32,000 nucleotides of DNA, from NCBI RefSeq assembly GCF_000008565.1, contig NC_001263.1, forward strand, positions 2,063,533 through 2,095,532, in the 5' to 3' direction. Below, in pieces: positions 26,421 through 32,000 of this stretch. Made by a program: the position numbers and the translations under genes. This stretch comes from Deinococcus radiodurans R1 = ATCC 13939 = DSM 20539 (lineage in GTDB: Bacteria; Deinococcota; Deinococci; Deinococcales; Deinococcaceae). Positions within the stretch are counted from its first letter, which is position 1; each line of letters starts with the position of its first letter. Below the pieces are notes generated by a model. It saw only the letters and a program-made list of their open reading frames with translations, was not told the DNA's origin and searched no databases.

Positions 26421-26831
26421 TCAGCCCTCAGTGCTGGCGCCGGGGCGGGTGGTCCACTCGGGGGCGGGCTCAATCACGTCGGCGGGCGCTTTGCCGCGCT
26501 CCAGGCCGCTGTTTTGCTCGGTCTGCACCGGGCGCAGCGCCATGCCTTCCGCGCACTCGATCTGGCAGGAGAGCCGCGCCTCACCGAGCAGGCCCTTGTC
26601 CTGCAACTTGTCGTGTTCGGCCAGCGTCATGGCGTCGGGTTCGCCTTCCGTGAAGACCACCCGGCAGGTCGTGCATTTGGCGACGCCGCCGCAGCGGTGC
26701 AGGATGTCCACCCCGCCGCGCTCCAGTGCCGTGACCAGCCGCTCGCCCGAGTGGGCCTGAATCTCGCCGTAGCCCTCCACGGCAATGGTGACGGGCTGGC
26801 CTTGCTGCTGGGCAATCAGGGGTTCGGTCAT
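26421..26831 (-). CDS. 2Fe-2S ferredoxin-type protein
   Basis: Cys pattern C-x5-C-x2-C...C (RCGGVAKCTTCRV ... LSCQIEC) on a ferredoxin-size core. Confidence 0.75.
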   Translation of the reverse strand: MTEPLIAQQQGQPVTIAVEGYGEIQAHSGERLVTALERGGVDILHRCGGVAKCTTCRVVFTEGEPDAMTLAEHDKLQDKGLLGEARLSCQIECAEGMALRPVQTEQNSGLERGKAPADVIEPAPEWTTRPGASTEG

Positions 26832-26837
26832 GCGGTC

Positions 26838-26852
26838 AGGATACGGGATACT
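26838..26852. promoter_or_regulatory. Back-to-back -10 boxes for the divergent leaderless ferredoxin operon and the MBL gene
   Basis: Minus-strand TATCCT (26838-26843) lies 6 nt before ATG 26831. Plus-strand GATACT (26847-26852) lies 6 nt before ATG 26859. The intergenic region is only 27 bp. Confidence 0.45.
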
Positions 26853-26858
26853 CCGGGC

Positions 26859-27845
26859 ATGACCTCATCGTCCGCCGCTCCCCTCGTTCCGCTGCTGGGC
26901 AGCCTGCACGCGCTGCAAGTGCCGATTCCTTACCCCATGAAGACGGTCACGGTCCTGATCGACGCTCCGGCGCGCGGGCCACTGACCCTGATCGACTGCG
27001 CGCTCGACACCCCGGAGGCGCGCGCCGCCATCGAGGACGGGCTCGCGCAACTCGGGCGGCACTGGTCCGACATCGACCGCCTCATCGTGACGCACCACCA
27101 CCCCGACCATTACGGCCTCGCGGGCGTCATCGAGGAACGCAGCGGCGCGCGCGTGCAGATGCTCGACGTGGAAATCGGGCGCGGCGAGCGCTACTGGCAC
27201 ATGCTGAGCGAGTGGCTGCCGGGGCACCGCAAGCACATGCGCGACCACGGGCTGCCCGAGGCATCGGTGGAGGGCATCCGCGCCGAGAACCCGCGCGTGC
27301 ACCCCGCCAGCCGGGTGGAACCGCTGCGCGAGGGACAAAGCGTGTCGCTCGCCGGGCACGAGTGGGAAGTGCTGTGGCTCCCCGGTCACGCCGACGGGCA
27401 CCTCGGCCTGTGGAACGAGGAAGAAAGCCTGCTGATTGCCGGCGACGCCATCTTGCCGCGCATCAGTCCCAACATCGGCCTGTACGCCTACACCCGGCCC
27501 GACCCCCTCGGCGACTACCTGCAAACGCTGGGCAAGCTGGAAGCCCTGAACCCGCGCCGGGCCGTCGTCGGGCACCACGGGCCGGTCATGGAGGGCGTGC
27601 AGGCCCGCGCCCGTGAGCTGCGCGGGCACCACCACGAGCGGCTGGACTTTATCGGCGCCGAGGCTCGCCGTGAGGGCCGCAGCGCCTACGACCTGTCGCT
27701 GGCGATGTTTCCGCGCGACCTCGACGAAGGCGGGCGCCGCTTTGCTCTGGCCGAGACGCTCGCGCACCTCGAACACCTGCGGCTGCTCGGGCAACTCGCC
27801 CGCACCTGGGACGAGGGGGCGCAGGTGTGGCGGTATCACGCTTGA
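26859..27845 (+). CDS. MBL-fold metallo-hydrolase with a C-terminal winged-helix-like domain
   Basis: Motif VTHHHPDHYG plus downstream His/Asp ligands (LPGHADGH, GHHG). ATG 26859 was chosen because the upstream part of ORF 26514 is antisense to the ferredoxin gene. Confidence 0.85.
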   Translation: MTSSSAAPLVPLLGSLHALQVPIPYPMKTVTVLIDAPARGPLTLIDCALDTPEARAAIEDGLAQLGRHWSDIDRLIVTHHHPDHYGLAGVIEERSGARVQMLDVEIGRGERYWHMLSEWLPGHRKHMRDHGLPEASVEGIRAENPRVHPASRVEPLREGQSVSLAGHEWEVLWLPGHADGHLGLWNEEESLLIAGDAILPRISPNIGLYAYTRPDPLGDYLQTLGKLEALNPRRAVVGHHGPVMEGVQARARELRGHHHERLDFIGAEARREGRSAYDLSLAMFPRDLDEGGRRFALAETLAHLEHLRLLGQLARTWDEGAQVWRYHA

Positions 27846-27920
27846 GGTTCCCCAAAAGAACTGCCCCACTCTGCCCCATGAAATGGAGCCACTCTTCCCG
27901 AGCCCGGCGAGCAGGCCGTC

Positions 27921-27926
27921 TATACT
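27921..27926 (+). promoter_or_regulatory. -10 box (TATACT) 7 nt upstream of ATG 27934
   Basis: TATACT-CGCCCGC-ATG, with no Shine-Dalgarno sequence. Confidence 0.45.
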
Positions 27927-27933
27927 CGCCCGC

Positions 27934-28392
27934 ATGACGGCATCCCAGACCGAGCTGCGGCGCATCATGGCCGCGCTGCAAGAACGTGGCCTGACCGTCG
28001 AGGCGGTGGAAGACGGCGCGCTGGTGCAAGACGGCGACGCCCGCGTGGCGCTGTTTGCCGAGGCCGACCACCGCGGCGGCGTGCTGGTGCGGCTGCACCT
28101 CGACCTTGACCTGTACGTCGAGGAAGACTCGCTGCCCGACATCCTGATGGGCATGAATCTGCTCAACCAGGGCCTGGACTACGGCGCCCTGATTCTCGAC
28201 CCCCTCGACCCCGAGGATGCCGACGAAGAAGCGCCCATCGCTTTCGCCGTACTGGGGCGCAGCGTGCTGTGGCTGCCCGACCTCGGCCCCGAGGAGCTCG
28301 GGCGGCTGCGCGAGCACCTGCGCCGCTTCGAGCAGGAAGTCACCGAAACGGTGGAGCGCACCCTGCACGGCGGCAGCGGCATCAGCGCCTGA
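27934..28392 (+). CDS. Hypothetical acidic protein (possibly YbjN-like; weak)
   Basis: 152-aa ORF with high GC3. Start chosen at MTASQTELRR, behind the -10 box. The family call is tentative. Confidence 0.55.
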   Translation: MTASQTELRRIMAALQERGLTVEAVEDGALVQDGDARVALFAEADHRGGVLVRLHLDLDLYVEEDSLPDILMGMNLLNQGLDYGALILDPLDPEDADEEAPIAFAVLGRSVLWLPDLGPEELGRLREHLRRFEQEVTETVERTLHGGSGISA

Positions 28393-28411
28393 GCAGGAGA
28401 GAAACAGCAAG

Positions 28412-28446
28412 GGGCCACTTCCCGGCGAAGGAAGTGGCCCTCTTTT
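28412..28446. terminator. Bidirectional rho-independent terminator
   Basis: 11-bp stem GGGCCACTTCC / GGAAGTGGCCC with a 7-nt loop, followed by TCTTTT. It lies between convergent genes. Confidence 0.75.
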
Positions 28447-28468
28447 CAGTTTGGGTCGTCAGTGCGGG

Positions 28469-29182
28469 TCAGCGGCCAATAAAGTCGCGCACCTGGGTGT
28501 AGACGGTGGCGTCACCGTACAGGCTCGAGTGGGTCAGGCAGGAGGTCTTAGTATTGGTGGCTCCGCTGAGCGGCACGCTGCTGTTGGGGTTGATGACCGC
28601 GTCGCAGGGCGACCACCAGGTGGCGTAGCGGACCGCGCCGGGCGTTTCGTCGCCGCTGTTGAGCGCTTTGATGAACGACGAGCCCTGGCGCATCTCAATG
28701 CAGGAGGCGGTGGAGCAGGCCAGCGCAAAATCGGTGCCGTGGTTGGGGCCGCCGAGCGACACCCAGGCGTCCACTTTGGCGGTGCCGCCGAGGTTCTTGA
28801 GGTAGTAGCGGCTGGAGAGCGCGCCCATCGAGTGCGACACGATGTCCACTTGCGCCGCGCCGGTCTGCGCCAGGATCGCGTCCACCTTCTGCCGCAGCAG
28901 GTCGGCAGTCACGGCGTTGGACTTGAAGCTGTCATACGACCAGCTGAACAGCTGCGCGTCGGTCCAGCCGTCCTGCTTGAAGCGGTTCATCATCGGGCTC
29001 CAGATGGAGCCATCCGAGTTGAAACCGTGCACGAACAGTACCGGATGCCGCACCGGCGCGGCAAGGGCCTGGGCCGACAGCTCGGACGGAGCCTGGGTCA
29101 GGGTGCCACAGCCCGCCAGCAGCGCCGCCGAGAGCGGCAACAGGACGAAACGTTTGGAAAAAGCCAGGAAAGGGACAGTCAT
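28469..29182 (-). CDS. Lipoprotein triacylglycerol lipase / esterase (Lipase_2, Bacillus LipA-like alpha/beta hydrolase)
   Basis: Lipobox LLAGC. PVLFVHGF, nucleophile elbow SHSMGA, LGGPNHGT. Confidence 0.8.
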   Translation of the reverse strand: MTVPFLAFSKRFVLLPLSAALLAGCGTLTQAPSELSAQALAAPVRHPVLFVHGFNSDGSIWSPMMNRFKQDGWTDAQLFSWSYDSFKSNAVTADLLRQKVDAILAQTGAAQVDIVSHSMGALSSRYYLKNLGGTAKVDAWVSLGGPNHGTDFALACSTASCIEMRQGSSFIKALNSGDETPGAVRYATWWSPCDAVINPNSSVPLSGATNTKTSCLTHSSLYGDATVYTQVRDFIGR

Positions 29183-29291
29183 ATGCTCAGTCCAATCTAA
29201 AGCCTCTGCCAGAAAACTTACCCAATGCTCATGGTAAAGGCGGGCCTGGGTGGGTCAGCCGGCACCCTTACACGCTCGCTGTACTTTGCCG

Positions 29292-29297
29292 TACTAT
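29292..29297 (+). promoter_or_regulatory. -10 box (TACTAT) 6 nt upstream of the padR ATG
   Basis: TACTAT-GTAGTC-ATG. Confidence 0.45.
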
Positions 29298-29303
29298 GTA
29301 GTC

Positions 29304-29654
29304 ATGCAAGGTAAAGACCTGGACGGCAACCTGCTGCGCGGCACCCTGGACTTTCTGCTGCTGGCGAGCCTGGAAGACGGCCCGCTGTACGGCCTACGCA
29401 TCATTCAGGACGTGCAGGACCGGACCGACGGGCATTTCCGCTTCAAGGAAGGGACGCTGTATCCGGCATTGCACCGCCTGGAAAAGCGCGGCTGGATCGT
29501 GGGGGAGCAGCGTCCGAGCGACGCGGGCGGCCCACCGCGCAAATACTATGAGCTGACCGAGGGCGGCAAAACCGAACTCGCCCGGCAGCGCGAGCAGCAG
29601 CGTGCCCATGCCCGCGCCCTTGCCCCCTACCTGCAACTTTGGAGACTGGCATGA
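29304..29654 (+). CDS. PadR family transcriptional regulator
   Basis: Winged-helix PadR signature: LLLASLEDGPLYGLRIIQDV ... EGTLYPALHRLEKRGWI ... RKYYELTEGG. Confidence 0.85.
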   Translation: MQGKDLDGNLLRGTLDFLLLASLEDGPLYGLRIIQDVQDRTDGHFRFKEGTLYPALHRLEKRGWIVGEQRPSDAGGPPRKYYELTEGGKTELARQREQQRAHARALAPYLQLWRLA

Positions 29655-30796
29655 CCCCCGAAGACCGCTTTGTGAAAGCCGCCACCCGGGGCCTGAGCCG
29701 GGGCAAACGGGCCGAAGCCCAGGCCGAGCTACGCTCTCACCTGCACGAGCGCACCCAGCAACTGATTCTGGCGGGTAAGCCGCTGCCGTCAGCGCAGGCA
29801 CAGGCCATGCAGGAACTTGGCGCACCGGCCCAGATTGCACGGGGCTTACGGCGCACCGAGCATGTCCACCCGCTGCTGAGCGCGGCGGTGCTGTTGGCCC
29901 TGGCGGGGGTGCTCCTCTGGCCGGTGCCGGAACTGCGTTGGCAGCAGCTCATGTCCCAGGTCTATAACGGTGTGGGAACAAGTAGCGGCAGCGGGGCAGA
30001 ACTCATGGAACTGGGTTCCTTGCCCCTCCCCGAAGCGCGGCGGCGACTTGGCACCCTTGACATAGAGCTTGTCCACCAGAAAGGAAGCTACCTGCTGCGG
30101 CGTGCCGGCCTTCCAGACGCTCCGCTCGGGGACACACGGACCTTTCAGTGCCTGCCGCCCCTCTTGCCCGGGGGGACGCGGCCCACCCTCACTGACCTCT
30201 TGAATTCCGAGCTGCCCACTTACGTCGATATGCCCGGTCTGCTCAGCTGTATGGCACAGGCTCACTGGCCGCTCACCGTCTCGCCCAGCGGAGTGGCGCT
30301 CGGCGAGCAGACACTCCCGCTCTCCTGGGGAACGGATTACAGCCTGTCTGCAGCACTGTCGCAGGTGTACTTTCCAGCGCTCAGCACCGCCCTCAGGCAG
30401 CTTCCTGCACCTATGTGGCAAGCCGCTGGGATCGGTGGACCACTTATCACCCCACTCGCCAGCGATGACCTCCACTCTGCGCCCCCGCTTCAGCTGAATC
30501 TGCCCGGCGGGACGCCCATTTTGGCGCTCGTCAAAAAGCAGAGTCGGTCATACGGCGCCCCAGAACGCACAACTTACCCAGCATTTGCGGCGGCCCTGCG
30601 CTGGACGGACGCCCAGGGACAGCTCCAACTTCCGCGGCCCCTTCACGGCCCAGAGCTACGGCTCTACAGTTCACGTGCAGCATGGCTCCAGGCTCCACTC
30701 ACGGAGAACGCCACCCTACTGCTGCCCGTGTCAACTCAGGCAACTCAGGAAATTAGTCTCACGCCGCTGGCTGTCAGCGGGCCGGTGCCTGAATAA
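29651..30796 (+). CDS. Membrane-anchored protein with a PadR-associated N-terminal helical (permease-prefix-like) domain
   Basis: The ATG overlaps the padR stop (ATGA). The N-terminal helical segment (AEAQAELRSHLHERTQQLILAGKPLPSAQAQAMQELGAPAQIARGL) is followed by one TM helix and a roughly 270-aa domain with no recognisable family. Confidence 0.65.
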   Translation: MTPEDRFVKAATRGLSRGKRAEAQAELRSHLHERTQQLILAGKPLPSAQAQAMQELGAPAQIARGLRRTEHVHPLLSAAVLLALAGVLLWPVPELRWQQLMSQVYNGVGTSSGSGAELMELGSLPLPEARRRLGTLDIELVHQKGSYLLRRAGLPDAPLGDTRTFQCLPPLLPGGTRPTLTDLLNSELPTYVDMPGLLSCMAQAHWPLTVSPSGVALGEQTLPLSWGTDYSLSAALSQVYFPALSTALRQLPAPMWQAAGIGGPLITPLASDDLHSAPPLQLNLPGGTPILALVKKQSRSYGAPERTTYPAFAAALRWTDAQGQLQLPRPLHGPELRLYSSRAAWLQAPLTENATLLLPVSTQATQEISLTPLAVSGPVPE

Positions 30797-30833
30797 ACTT
30801 AAGCGACCCCAGCAGGCAAGCGCAAAAGAGAAG

Positions 30834-30865
30834 GCCGCCCCACGACAGGGCGGCACTCACGTTTT
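30834..30865. terminator. Bidirectional terminator between convergent genes
   Basis: Stem GCCGCCC / GGGCGGC with a 7-nt loop. An A-rich run lies upstream and GTTTTG downstream. Confidence 0.55.
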
Positions 30866-30888
30866 GTCTCTCTTTGGGATTTGGGGTC

Positions 30889-32000
<1,112 letters not shown>

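Noticed and set aside
26421-26423. TGA between the ferredoxin and MPG genes as a selenocysteine codon
   Set aside because: No SECIS-like hairpin is visible immediately downstream on the minus strand. Neither protein family is known to use Sec at this position. It is kept only as a generic readthrough possibility in the findings.
26865-28166. 433-aa ORF on the minus strand
   Set aside because: It is antisense to the MBL hydrolase (HHHPDH motif) and to the following acidic protein gene. Its Ser/Arg/Ala-rich composition is implausible for a real protein.

Overview
High-GC (about two thirds G+C) bacterial chromosomal window. Protein sequences, gene order and promoter style look like Deinococcus, probably a D. 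radiodurans-like chromosome; this is inference, not a database hit. Content is mostly housekeeping. Five tRNAs: a Thr-Tyr-Gly-Thr operon on the minus strand, and tRNA-Asn. A heterodimeric ABC exporter pair, a PhoU-like protein, and a frameshifted M3B oligoendopeptidase F. A META-domain / DUF697 gene pair and a lipoprotein. A T-box riboswitch controlling glycyl-tRNA synthetase. PNPase, a prepilin peptidase, the ligA-asp23-nusB-DUF212 string, a BMP-family binding protein, glmM, a lipase, a PadR module and the 3' part of thrS. The most interesting locus is 24143-26831. It is a tightly overlapping minus-strand operon encoding a 2Fe-2S ferredoxin, an AAG/MPG-family DNA glycosylase, a P-loop kinase-like protein and a YcaQ/AlkZ-like (HTH_42) glycosylase. 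The conserved N-terminus of the MPG homolog has no canonical start codon and lies in frame behind the ferredoxin TGA. Other observations: many leaderless-type promoters (a -10 box 5-7 nt before the start codon); two apparent frameshifts; a degenerate internal duplication in the prepilin peptidase; a 121-bp AT-rich element with terminal inverted repeats; low-complexity C-terminal tails on PNPase and NusB. No CRISPR array, transposase, rRNA or prophage genes were recognised. Most long ORFs antisense to recognised genes are high-GC shadow ORFs.
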